From contig NW_025963868.1 of the NCBI RefSeq assembly GCF_023055435.1, positions 11,656,001 to 11,720,000 of the forward strand: 64,000 nucleotides of DNA, given 5' to 3'. This DNA is from Haliotis rufescens (lineage: Eukaryota). A model generated the notes under the pieces. That model saw only the letters and a list, made by a program, of their open reading frames with translations, was not told the origin of the DNA and made no database searches. The position numbers and the translations under genes were made by a program. Of this stretch, positions 39,616-53,800 are shown piece by piece (positions within the stretch are counted from its first letter, which is position 1; the number at the start of each line of letters is the position of its first letter).

Positions 39616-39782
39616 CAGTAAACTACCTTTCTAACGAAAACGTTTTTAAATAACGAACTAACGGATATAACTTATTCTTTTTGGACCCCAGCCAGTTGCT
39701 GCATATATTCTTATAACGAAATATGGTTATAACGAACTACAATTAGAGGTCCTTTTGAGTTCGTCACAACCGTAGTGTACTG
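39616..39782. mobile_element. Small TA-flanked MITE (CAGT..ACTG termini; duplicate ~54612-54778)
   Basis: tacagtaaaactacc ... gtagtgtactgta with internal tataacgaa repeats; Tc1/mariner-pogo-like MITE layout. Confidence 0.6.
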
Positions 39783-41074
39783 TACGTCATACCTTTTGGA
39801 GTAAGCTGATCAACAATGTAATCCAGATGTACTATCGATTGTCATGACCTCCAAGACTGATGGCGGTTAGGAGAATACTGAAAACGCTCAGTTTTGATTT
39901 TGTCACAGCCGTCTCCTGAAGATGATATTTTAAACGATGGAATACAATAATGTACATGGCCGTCGACTTATTTCAATTGTTATGCCAACACAATGACAAT
40001 ACGCAAATGTAAGCAATCCATGCCTGAAATATGGTCAATACAAGAACCTATTTGAGCAGTTTGAAAAAACAACATTATCATGTTGTTATTGTGGAATTGC
40101 CCATTTATATTTCAATATCATTGCTACTGTTTAATGTCAAATTAAAGAAGATAACAGCTTTGTCAGTAAGGAGTTCAAAGTAATCGCTCTTGTGTTAGTT
40201 TACATCGTGAGCTGTTCAAAACCTTTATGTTTATGTCGTGTATCTGTTTTATATTTGTCATATATATGAGAAAATCATGAGATGCCTTTTTTTCATAATT
40301 AAGGTTGCTTCTTAAAGTGCAGTAGCAGAGAAAACAACACTATCCCGTATGTGTTAAGTAGTTTAACACTGTGGGTTCATTCTGACACATATATGTCTTA
40401 GGTTATTATCACATTATTCTGTTAGCATCGTGAGCTGTCTAAAACCGTTATGTTTATACTGTCGTGTAACTGTTTTATATTTGTCATACATATGACAAAA
40501 TCATGAGATGCCTTTTTTCATATGTAAGGTTGCTTCTTAAACTGAGAAAACAACACTATCCTCTGTATGTTTTAAGTAGTTTAACACTGTGGTTTTATGT
40601 GGTTTTAAATTGTTCAAACTTTAATATTTGTTTTGATTGACACATCTATATGTTTGAAGTTATTATCCCATTACTCTGTTAGCATCTATACTTATTTCAA
40701 ATGCAACATATATTTATGTCATTGTTCCCACTAAACATATATGACATGCATCAGTAAAGCTGGGATTTTCATCCAGAACTAACATCACTTCAATGCACCT
40801 GTCTCAAAATCTTTGAAGACCATTGCTATGATGTCACAATCAAATGACATCACTAATAAATTTTATCTGATGTATATGCATCTCTCGATGTTTCCGACAT
40901 TAATCTGCCGGTGTTGATATATTTGATATCAACACAAACTGTTTATAACAGGATGTAATACTATTATAGAATTAATTAGTGAGTGAGTGAGTTGGGTTTT
41001 AGGCCGCTTTAAATAGAATTCCAGTTATATCACGACGTGTCAGCTTAATGTGAGAGGAAAGCTCGAAGTTCGAG

Positions 41075-41300
41075 TTCTTGACGGTTGACAGTTGCTGCAT
41101 GTGATCTTCTGATCTGGTCAGGGTGATCCCATAAATGTTCGACGGAGTTGATATCAGGAGAATTTCCCGGCCAGGGTAAAACGTGGATGTTCGCGTTGTT
41201 CAGAAAGTTCTGTGTGAGCCTTACCGTATGCGGTCTCGCATTGTCTGAAGACAATGCCACGTGTCTGTTGCTGAATGAATGGTTCCACAACGTGTCTCAT
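41075..41300 (-). mobile_element. Tc1-like transposase remnant (duplicate ~56390-56660)
   Basis: DNARPHTVRLTQNFLNNANIHVLPWPGNSPDINSVEHLWD matches the Tc1 DDE C-terminal motifs (DNAxxH; WPxxSPDLNPIExLW). Confidence 0.85.
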
Positions 41301-44300
41301 AGTGAGTGAGAGAGTTAGTGAGTTGGGTTTAACGCCGCTTTTAACATTATTTCAGTTATATCGCGGCGTGTCAGCTTAATATGTAGGAGGAAAGCCCGAT
41401 GTGATGCAGGTCTTTGACGTTTACCACTTCGGTGAAACCCACAAGCACGGGTATGGTGCTGACAAACCTAGAAACAAAATCGGGGCGAACCGGGATTCGA
41501 ACGTGTCTCAAAGCTTCATCCCAATATCTCTGAGCATTCAAGATACTGCTGGTATAGTTCGTTTTGGATATTATGACATGTTCAATACATATCTGTGCGT
41601 TATTTTTAACATTGTTCAAACTTTAGTATTGTGAAAGCGTTCTTCTGGGACGTTTTTCTGTTATTTTATTGGTCTTATTGGTTGTCATTTGTTTTTACAT
41701 TTATACTTATTAAATGCAACACATGTTTATTTTGTATATTTCCACTCACGTCGTATCGCATGGGCCTGTTTGAATAACGACATTGCACATATCTATTTAC
41801 GGTAAGTGTCGTGGTTTTCAATCGTATCACGAATGTCAAACTTAGGGAAAATAGCGATCAGTAGAAATATTTCTCAAACCCGAATATGAATATACCAGGA
41901 AAATAGCGATAGAATATTTCAACAAATGTTAATGAAGCAGTTGATTCACGTATGGCAGGAAAATACTACAGCAGGAATATGAAAGTGTTTCAATGCGGTT
42001 TTCCTCCACTGCGTATCTCGGGGAACACAGACCCAACATTATGGTATTCATGTATTGTGTAACAATGTATCGCTTATCAGCAACATAGTTTGCAGTTAAG
42101 GCTTCCTCGCACAAAGTGCCTCAACAAAGGATGATTGTCACTGCTGCATGAACATTAAGTTCAAGCGAATATATACCAGATATAACCGGGTTGAATATCA
42201 CAAAATGTCGATAATATTGAAATGACTCCATTGGATAATGCTCCTATCGATCTAATTGTTGACTCGTGTATACTAGGTACTTAGGTTATACACGTAGCAT
42301 ACTGGGATTTTTGTGTAGTTTATATATCCTGATTCCAGCTGATGATGCAAACAGTTATAAATGTACTTAATTTCTGCATGGCCCCCTGTATCATGTTTAC
42401 AATGATTTATGTGTGCAGAAATTACACTTATTTTATTTTCACAATGTATTGTCCTTGTGTTAAATCATTTACATTTTCAATTATTTTTGTCGTTTTTACA
42501 TTAGGATTCTTGCTGATGATGATGATGCAAAGTTATGAATGTACTTTATTTCTGCATTGCCCCCTGTATCATGTTTGCAATGATTTCCGCATGCAGAAAT
42601 TACACTTATTTTATTTTCAATGTACAATGTATTTTCCTATTGCTCAATTTACATTTGCACACATACTGTATTTGCACAGTCGTTGTTATGTTGTCCTGCC
42701 TATTGATCAAGTTTAAGTGTTGGCTTTCCGCATCGAATAAAATATGCCTTAACTGAACATCTGTATTCTTTTCACTCGCAAACCTAATATTTAATACTCT
42801 TAAAAACAGTCTAAACTTCACATGCGTAACTTCCATATTTCCACCTACATTGAACTGAAATGCCACAAAGTAACTGAATTCCCAAACTAGTTCATCGTGC
42901 TAAGAAACCAAGGTGCCTAATCCGTCTTAGCAGACACAGTAGATCCTGGTAACATTTATGTTAATTTATAAGGCGTTCTCACACTCCGGCACCAGTGGTG
43001 ACTCCACTGCCACAGGCTAATTAGCATATCACGTGACAGGAATTTTTCTCTTGTCTGAAAACAAACGCGCTTTTTCAGAAATCAGTATAAAACGGACTAA
43101 TGCAAGTATTTGAGGGTGCTTTACAAATTGTTTTGCACAATTATATAGATATGCTACTACAACTGCGACAGTGAGTTGTATGACAATATATATTTATACA
43201 TCAAAGTGACCGAATCGCTAGCTCTCCGTTGGACTTCAATGTCAGCACGTTGAGCCGTAGAACCAATGTAAACAAAGGACAACTACGCCAAAACAAGTAG
43301 ATTTTCACGTTTTAGGATACTTTCATAATGAACCGTAACCATTCTTTGACATTTGTTGATGAAAATGTGTAGACTTGTCAAACATGAAACGGACGAAAAG
43401 CATATGCAATATTTTGAATGGACTGTGTAAGATGTGACGAATCGTCACATGGCGCTGGCCTGTGGCAGAGGTACTATGCTGGCATGCTACCGCCCGCTTG
43501 GAACTCTGGGTAGGAGAGTGAAGCGTTCTATTCATCACAACTATTTAAGATATATGATTTGCCCAACCGTCTAAACACTTACGAACTTTACATTATGTAC
43601 ACAGAAGCTAGGGTGAATATAACTGATTAACGCTCGGCAGCAACCAAACAGTACAAGCGCTGAATGTTTTTATCTATTGCCTTACACCAGTCAGTGGGTG
43701 GGAGAGAATCGGGTTGTCAGGCTCGGTGGATTGGTTGTTTGTGTGTTGCACACTGATAGTGTGTGTTATCGTAATCACTTGATTATCTGGCTCAGCCGCG
43801 ATTATTTACAGGCCATCTTCATACAGCCATTGTATGTAGCTGAGGGAGGTGTTCAGCGACAAACAAATCAACATGTCAGTATTACTCAGTGTTACCCACT
43901 ATTCATCAATATTGTTCAGTGATGTTCGGTATAATTCAGTATTGCTCTGAGACTGTAGAAGTAGAATTTTTTATTTGTATGTAAACTTCTTGCCTGTAAT
44001 ACAAAAGAATGCATGACATATTTCAAACGTGCTTTTGCAACAAATACAAAAAAAACAAATAAATGCAGATATGTATTTTAAGGGGTTGCTTGAAACAAAA
44101 ATGTCATCTACATGACGCTATTATTCTCTCTGGGGGCACGGGTGGCCCAGTCGTCGAAGGCGCCAATCGCTGTGCAGAGTTGCGTCCCTTAGGCACGCCA
44201 GAAACCTATGATTGTGGGTTCGAACCCCGGTTCGCCCCGATTATGTTTCTAGGTTTGTCAGCACCATACCCGCGCTTGTGGGTTTCACCGAAGTGATAAA

Positions 44301-47105
44301 CGTCTGAGACCTGCACCTCTTCGGGCTTTCCCCCCACATTAAGCTGACACGCCGTGATGTAACTAGAATACTTTTAAAAACGGCGTTAAACCCAACTATC
44401 CCACTCACTATTATTTTCGCAAGCCAGTAAATGCTTCAAGAGAATAATGTCATCCACATCAGAAAGGTTACAGAACTGACATTCTTGTAATCTCATTCTG
44501 CTTTCCATTTTCGACCATCTGCTTGCACTACTCTGCAGTCATAACGCGAGTGGGTGAATCAGAATAGTTTAACGCCGCGTTTAGCAATATTCAAGCAATA
44601 AAACAGCGGGGAAAATCAGAATGAGATAAGCTTTATTGTCACGACGGCAGTATTTCAGCCATATTGTGACTGGAAAATGTAATATAAATTTTTTATTAAT
44701 AATAATATAGTAAACCCTCTTAGCGATAGACAGTACAATAGCTAGCAATGTATCATATATTTACATGAAAAGCCAATTTGGGAACATTTAAAAGAGGATT
44801 CTCTTGACAACAGGAGATAAAAATGGTCTCTAGGTCGCCAGCAACCAAAGTTAGGCTAGTATTAAAGGAAACGAGTTTTGATAAAAAAAAGCAGCTTCTT
44901 TATTCAAACTTTTTTTAGTTGTAAAAGGCTTATGAGAGAGGGTAGACTCAAGGAACTGACAGCGTCATAAAGCCTCACATGTGAGCATTACCACATCTCA
45001 CGCAGGGGTGGTACATTGTTTCTTCCATTGAACACAGATGAAGTGCTTCAGAAATATAGAAGCTCCAAGCAATAACCTTTGCTGACGAGGTCCCTTTCGA
45101 AACTAAATAGTCAACATGAACTGCAAACACGAAAATGTCGCTTTTTCCGTATATGCTCATTAGACGGAAAAACGACGGTTTTTTTTGGACGCTTTCACGA
45201 CGCCCGTGAGTGAGTGAGTGAGTATGGTTTTACGCCGCTTTTAGCAATATTCCAGCAATATCACGGCAGGGGGCACCAGAAATGGGCTTCACACATTGTA
45301 CCCATGCCGGGAATCGAACGCGGGTCTTCGGCGTGACCCTAAAATGAGACCATGTCAGCATGGATCGATGGATATGTGGTATTCTTCAGATCGCAGTGAC
45401 AAATTAATACATAATACATAACATAACGGCCATGAGTGATGTCATCCGGCTTACTGCTGACCACTCACACTTAGTGTGACACTCCAAAAATCGTTTCAGC
45501 AAATATCTGTGGATTATCAAAGCGATGATGAAAATGCAAACCTGATGTGACAAAACAAATAAAATTATTAAAAATCCTTAAAAAAAAATTCTTAACCATA
45601 GCGGAATTCGACAGAAAAACGAGAAAATGTGAATGAATTGCAATCAAGTGGACCTTCAAAATCTGACCTTTAGGTCATCACCGTGAAGAAGCCTATCACG
45701 GACCTGGAATTCGATCTCACACACACGTTTGATACCAGTTGTAAGAAATGTTACTCACTCTCGTGTTATTGTACCTTTGCTAATACAGCGCTGACTACAG
45801 TGTAGACCGCCACCCCTACCTCCGTCCCCGCTACCTCTCAGAGGAGCATTCATTCATTATAACGATCGTACCAATGTGTATCGATCGATATTTATATTAT
45901 TCTTCCTAAAGGTTTGTAAAAAAGAATATTCATTGTCCAAAAAACTCTTTAGAACCGAAGGCTGAGAAGGAATGAAACAGCAAACGTGCAGGCTCGCTCG
46001 CCTGTTTTTTTTCCGGTTCGCCTCGGTTCCACAACTTTCATGTCTTCTGGTTTCATTTCTAATTAATCAGCATTTTTCCAAAAGTATCTTCCCTTCTCAG
46101 GGAAATAATGTTTGAATCTGGCGGTAACTGACCATGTCATTTGAAACAGCCGCCATCTCCCGAACATATTTGTTCCAGTTCGTTACAGTCTGAGTGTTGC
46201 ACTTCTTCTCGCCTCTTGCCTTGATTGACAGGTCCTAAGACTTTTGTTTTTATCATACTCTCAGTTGATTGGCTACTGACTTTGTAGGCGTGTCAAATTA
46301 TGTGCGTAATTAAACAGTCAGCAGATTCATGTCACGCCACAGTATGTATTCCTACACCCGGAATGTTTATCAATCTCGTCATTTTTGCCCGCTTTGATAT
46401 ATACAACTGTTTTTGGTTAAACTATTGTAGATAAAACATGTTTTTGTTATTGAATTTAATTACAAGCATTGACTGTGTATTTTTTCGGTTCATTGAGGTT
46501 TGAATCGAAAAGCCGATGTGCAAACTTTTGTAAGAATCTGCTAAGTTATATTTGGCTAGGGCAGTTTTAATAGGTTGTGATAACGAACCTATTGTAGCCT
46601 GCCTCGCACACATATCATACATCGGCAGGTTACCCGGGGCTGCTTTGTGAAAACTGCCACTGTGTCACGATCCGACAGTCAAACTTAAATTAACAAGTAT
46701 CAATACCACCAAAAAGACTCAACGCGCGACTATCTGAACATATTTTTTTTCTGTGAAAGTATATTTCAAGTTATTATTTCTTTGCAAACCAAATGTATTT
46801 TAAATGGCAAATGTACTGTCTCCGGTCAGTTGAATTCAATAGCGACTCGTCCCATTTTATCCACACTAACGGGTATGTATTCATCATTATCTAAATAGAG
46901 CAACGAAAACCTTTTCATATTCATAAAAAATCTTGATTCCGACTCTATCTCAACCAGGAAATAACAGTTCCATTAGAGTGGTTGTTGACTGCACAGCCAC
47001 ACTTTATGCGGCTCGGTGTAGGGCATGGTGTGAAGTGACTAATTTTACAGTATTTAAGAAACGTTCAAGGGGCATTCACGAGAGTGTATTCGATGTGTTG
47101 GCAGC

Positions 47106-47163
47106 ATGGGCTTTCTCGTATACCTGACTACTCTGTTGTTGATAGGACGGATTACGGACACAC
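47106..47163 (+). other. Orphan intact A-type signal-peptide exon upstream of gene E
   Basis: ATG GGC TTT CTC GTA TAC CTG... = MGFLVYLTTLLLIGRITDT with a phase-1 donor c|gtaggt, homologous to 8150-8207. Flanks ~46540-47520 match ~7540-8390, then switch to C/E-type upstream sequence. Confidence 0.75.
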
Positions 47164-47897
47164 GTAGGTTTCCCTATGTCCGGATCGGGTGGTCAGGCTC
47201 GCTGACTTGGTTCATGCATGTCATCGATACAAATTGCATGGATCGATGCTCATGATATTAATCACTGGATTGTCTGGTCCAGACTCGATTTTTTACATAT
47301 AGCTGGAATATTGCTGAGTGCGGCGTCAAACAACAAACCAACCAATCAACCAACATTATACAAAGTATTGAAATATCTATATACGTATAGATATGGTGTA
47401 TGTCGTGTAATTGTATCGCGATCGAAGCATTGAAAAGTACTCCTTTACCACTTTTGTTTGTGCACGTCGTGGGAATTCCAACATGACAGGTGTTGAAGAG
47501 TGACAAAGTACGAAAATCACGACTTATTTCATCTGGGATATTGTTTATGATATTAAGCTCTATCTGAACAAGAACAAATGCACATTTGCGAGTCAGTTTT
47601 GGCGAACACCAAACCCTTCAGAACGTACATGTCGAATTTGTCCTTGTTACCCACTTATACAAATATAACAGGTATGTTTTCGTGAATACCTAAACCAGGA
47701 AAAACAGCTGAATGCTGATTGTAGGAATATTTCCTCCTTTATAAGGATGTATTTCATATTTGGTGGAACGCTCGTGTTTGCTCGCGGAGAATGATGCAAG
47801 TTGCTTTGTGGGTATGTCATGTGTAGTAACTTCCGTCGGGTTATTTCAACCAAACCTGAAAGAATGTTGACGAGAGCATGTTTGATTTAGGAGAAAC

Positions 47898-50800
47898 ATG
47901 GACACCAGGATTCATCTGATTACTCTGCTGTGGTTTGGCTGGTTTGCGTACACAAATAACAGTAGGTTTGAGTTTCTAATCAAAAGCGAAAGGTATAACA
48001 ATTAGGATGACGTAGGTGTAATTTAATAGTGATTGTAGCACTTTATATCCGATCTGTTTCGTGTTTGCATGTTACAGTTATTTGGGTATTGTAAGTACAT
48101 GAAGAACGAAAAAGAATGCCACTGCATGTTTGTTTTCTGATTGCTTCTCATGCTGGTTGTATCTTGGAATGTTACAGGTGGTCTTCTTCTACAACTCACT
48201 CAGTTCCAGTCAGGCGATAATGTCACCTTAGTCTGCAGTGCCATCAACACTACTATCAACATGTCCTTCACACATTGGTATTTAGATGAGCAGCGAGTTC
48301 TCACGTCAGTGTTTGCAGGTCATTGTTGTTTCAGATACTCACCCAATGGTACAACCAATAATCTTGCATATCGTTACGACCTATTCCCATCAAATGATGG
48401 CAGTGTAAGCTGTAGTGACTACCAGCACAACATGACACTAACCACAACTCAATACACTCAAGCTGGGACTGTGTGGCGGTGTGAGGATCAACGCTTAAGA
48501 GTCAGTAACAACCTTACGTTGGGTATGATCTTTTTGTCATGCGCTCATACTCCTTTGTTTACATCTACGTGTCCTTTCTGATTTCATACATCATACTATG
48601 ACACATTGTGCAAGAACGAATGCAGATGTAACTGATTAATGAAATATATACCCGGGAGCCATACGTAAATGTTCAAGAACTATGAACACGATATCTACAG
48701 ATGAGGCACTTTATAAAACGGTCACCCAGAGATACATCGGGTGTAAACACTATCGGAAGTGAGTTGAAATGTTTTTCGTCGCGTCCATGATTACTCGCCT
48801 TATATAGCTACGTACATGCACGTGTCTGTGTGTGTATGTGTGTAGTGAGTGAGTGTGTGTTTGTGTGTGGTTGCTTGTATTATTCCGTATACAATTCCCG
48901 TTTCATAGTGTTTGCCCACTCAGATACCGTGGCGCAGTTTAACATGCATGCCCCATTCAGACACAGTACACTACCTCCGAACAGACAACATCGCGTTTTT
49001 TCCCCTTGATACCGGACAGGGAAAACTACGACTTTCCGTATGACCTGGCCTGGTGTCAAACCCACCGATCTTACCCTCTTAGGACAAACGTTCTAACCGG
49101 TTGACCATGGAGGCGGTCAATATAAAATCGCTTGTTCATGTGTATCGATATTAAGCTAGTAAATGTCACAACTAATATATATTATTTATGTATGCAGCCA
49201 TTCCAGGGACTACTGATAAGTCAACTACACCACTGACTGATTCGGCAACAACGATCACCACAGACAGCGATACTCATGGTAGATTTGTATCAGGTAAACT
49301 GACGATGTATTATATATTTAGAGAAATATTGTATTGATACCAGTGATGTCATTTACACTAATGCCGGCGAAAGCCGTTTTATCTGTTTTAATAATCCTCT
49401 GTATTTTATTAACCTACTATATGTATCAGCTATCCACACATTTAGTAACTTTGTATGTAAAATGTTCGAACGTGCGTTCCTAAAAACACTAAACATCAAT
49501 TGAACATGATGTGGCTCGTCTATCGGATTATTCAAACTATAGAAGCGTGTTATTTTATGTCCTCTGTGGTGAGTAAGCAAATTTCATAATTATTTGTATG
49601 TATTATTTATGTCGTCAGGGACTACTTATAAGACAAGTTCACAGCTGACAACGTTGGCAAATCTTACAACTATCAAGATAACTTCTGCCCCGAGCAACGA
49701 TAATCAAGGTAGTTGTGTACTAGTCGTCATACTAACCTTTGTGTACGATATATAGGATATTTAGAAACATTCATGAATATATAACAAAACCATATACTTA
49801 CCCAGGATCCAAGACATACCAACAATGTGCACTGAATGTGATACAGACAGTACTGTGATAGCTCTCTAGACACTGCGGTTTTCACATGATATTCTGATAG
49901 ATCAACCCCATTATTTCGGTGCGGCATTTTATGAAAATTCGTATATTGACTTATCTTTGTCATTGTAAATGAATGAACGTATATGAATAACAGAGTAAGC
50001 AATATTGTCGTCATGGAAAGTGGCATGGAAAAAACGTGGACCATAAACCCATTACTAACGACGTGCTTATTAACGTCAACGGGTAACCGAAGAAAATTTG
50101 GATCCACTGAATTCTAATGTTAGTTGGCAATGATGGCAATTACGGGTTACTGATATACAGAAACTTAGGAATGTAGTACACATATATAATCTCAATCTCT
50201 GCTTAGTATGCCTAGTTTTGTACAGCTCTGCATAAAAGGTGACTCGTATCTATCAGGTTACACGTTACATAGCTTCATGTTCGTTATTCAGGGCCTGATA
50301 CGTGGTACCAGTTGAAAACCCTAGCCAAATAACTAAATTTTATGGTGAAACGTTATCAAGTAAATACTAGTAACTTCGTGTGATTGCTCCTCATAGACTG
50401 ACGTCACCAACTCCATCTGCGTGTATACAGCATGGACTCTCTTCATGTAAAAGTTATCTTGTCTTAGATTATTCAGTACTTATACTCATTGCTTATATAT
50501 ACGAACTCATAAATGTACTTATATAGACTTATCCATGTGCCAAGTTCAAGGACAGTATACTTACTAGCCCAATATTTGTTTTCTCTTCCAGATGACACCA
50601 TGTACATCGCTGCTGGGACAGGAGGAGGAATCTTCATCCTCATTATAATCGTTATCTGTGTGTGTGTTGTAAGGACGAGAAGAAAGGGAAACGTCACGCA
50701 AGGTAAACTACACCTCTTTGATGACGGTCAGAACATATTACTATTATTTGGTATCAGATTCTAATTTGATGTTAAAGGGGAAGTGTACACGCAAAAATCA

Positions 50801-53800
50801 CTTTCTTTCTTTTTCTAAACAAAACGCAATTTTAGAATTAGTTAATATCTGTGATTGAAAATGTAAACTCATTTTTTTCACAGTGAAAGTAGGAAGCTCA
50901 CAATAGTGTGAAAATGATATGCCGTTATGAGGCCTTCGTTTTTCGAGCTAATCAGGCCTGAGTTATCCCCCTTAGATTATGACGTAATTGGTGCCAATTC
51001 AACTGGATCCCTGTCTATTCTCAACGCAAAAGATATCAAGTACCAGTTTTCGGTAAAACAACATGGCCTACGACACACTCCGGCGCAGTGGTGACTCAGT
51101 ATAACACTATGCTGGCTGGCATCTGAGACGCTAGAATCACACAGCTGTACCTACACCACGTGAAGCGGCTCTAACATAGCATGATGACGTCATAATGTTT
51201 ATCAATTGGCACCAATGACGTCATATTGCAAGGGGCATAAGCCATGGTGTTTTTGTTATGAAAATAGAACACTTGGTAAATGTGAAAAATATAAATCGTT
51301 TTAATGCAAAACATATGTTAATTAATTGTGATATTTTTATATTTTTGTCTATGACACTACTAGGTTAACACTTTTAATGTGGAAAAAGTACAAGAAAAAT
51401 AGGTTCATTTCCGTGTGAACTTGCCCTTTAAGTGATTTGAAGATGAAAATGGAACATTGGTGAAAGTGTCATAAAGCATTTCAGATGTAAAGATTAAATG
51501 TCAGTTTCATGAAAAGTAATAACATACAGCTCTCATCTGTCAAATCATTTCCTTATCCCTCCTTGTAATAAAATAGCTTATTTGAATATACATCAACCCA
51601 TTTCACAAGAGTAATAATTAAAGAAATATCATAAATGAACAAAGGTGTTGGTCGTCATGTCTGTTCACAGCTATCAGCGATGCAGACAATGGTGCAGAGG
51701 TCTCAGAAAACCCACTTTATGTTACGTGAGTAGAGTGCCAAGTATTTCCACTGTATACCACCATTGAATTTCATCACTCAATCCCCGGGACCGCCTCCGT
51801 GGTCTAGTGGTAGAGCGTCGCTATATAAGTGCAATAATCTTGGACGCGACGTTAAACCCGATTTTACCTCACCTCACCTCACCTCACCTCACCTCACCTC
51901 ACCTCATCTCATCTCACCTCACCTCACCTCACCTCACCTCAATGCCCGTCATAGGTATATTGTTGTCATAGGTATCGGAAATCGTTCAATAACCACCAAA
52001 TAGACAGTTCCCTTCCACTGATTTACCCACCTGAACTAGAAAAAAAGAAGACAAATGAAACCACTTCGCCTGTTTCTTATGTAGAACTATGCACAAAGAT
52101 TCAGAGGGATAAAGCACTAGACTGCATGACAAGTGGAATGACTTCAACTTTCCAACAGTCAACTTTCCCTTTATGTCAAGCAGTATTCCAGTAGGTACAG
52201 CTATTGGTGTCTACATTTCACAACTTTTGAAGAACATTCGAGCATGCACTTTCAATCAAGATTTCAAAAAGAGCGTAATTTTAATACATTCCTTGCTAAA
52301 AAGCTATTTGATCAAGGTTACAACATTCGAGGAAACATTCCTGGCCTCAGAAAAGCTTTAATAAGGTTAACTGTAGACACGTGGGGAACATTGAAGCTTC
52401 AGTCCCTATTCATACTTGTACCACATGTTCCCGTGGGGTTTTTTCATGTGATTATTTGACTTGTGTTTGCATGTGACGGGTGCCGCTGATGGGGCGAACA
52501 CCTGGTATAACCACTATTTAATAGTGATTCATAAACGCATGCTCGTGATATAGTCCGAATCGAACAATCGACTGTGTTTTTCTCGGAGATATGGAAAGGG
52601 TTTTGTCGCATTTGTGCAGTACATAATACGTTAATTATGTGTTTTCATCATAAAACTCTCCATAGGGGTAGGTGACTTTGTCGCCTTCATTTAAATGTAT
52701 TCATTAATATAATCAACACACACAACAACGGTCGCATCATCAACCCTGATCACGGGTAATTCATCGTTCAAATATTTTCTTCATAATTGTTCTTTTATAA
52801 TGATGATGCAACTGATTTTTACAAAAACCCGCACATTTTTGTATCCGCATGTAGTTCTAAAATATTTTCATTTTTTTTATTGTAAAGCGTGGTCGTTGAT
52901 TGTATGTTGTTGGAGGACAAGGGACTACAAATAGACACATTCGATCTTGTTGTTGCGTAAAGGCGGCCATGCTTGTCGTAAGAGGCGAGTAACGGGATCG
53001 GGTCGTCAGGCTCGCTGACTTGGTTGATGCATGTCATCGATCCCAACTGATCGGATCGCTGCTCATGATATTAAACACTGGATTGTCTGGTCCATACTGG
53101 ATTATTTACAGACCGCCGTCTTACAGCTGGGATATTGCTGAGTGTGGCGTTAAACAACACACCAACCAACCAATGATACTGCGGGTAACGCCCATCACCT
53201 TTAGGGATACGATGATCAATGTCTACAGATCAATGGTATCGCCTCAAATGTGAAAAAAATTTATTATTTATGAAAATGTTGAAACTTATTCCTGCAAATT
53301 GTTCCCAGTGTTGAAACGAGCAACAACTTAAAAACAATATGATATTTCTTTTCAGATACCAAGTTGAACCTGTTGACAACAAAGTGCACTTCACTTGTAA
53401 GTCTTTTCTATTGTGGTTTTCTTCACTTCATCACATATCTGACTATTGTATTCAAATTGTGATTATAGTTTGAGTGTTGCCTTCTAAATTAAGCTTAATA
53501 ATTTCAGGAAGAATATCTAGGGAGAATAATATGTTGTTACTTGTTGAAATATGAACACCATAATTCTATATTCAACTGCCGTACCAGACAATACACCCGA
53601 ACACATACCTGCTCTTGGCGGCGCTGTCGACGTTGGTGATCTGTATGCCGTACCAGACAAGACACCCAAACACCAGTCAGTTGTAGGCGGTGCTGTCAAT
53701 GATGGTGACAACTACGCCGTCCCGGACAAGACACCCAAACACCAGTCAGCTGTAGGCGGTGCTGTGAACATTGGTGATCTGTATGCCGTACCGGACATGT

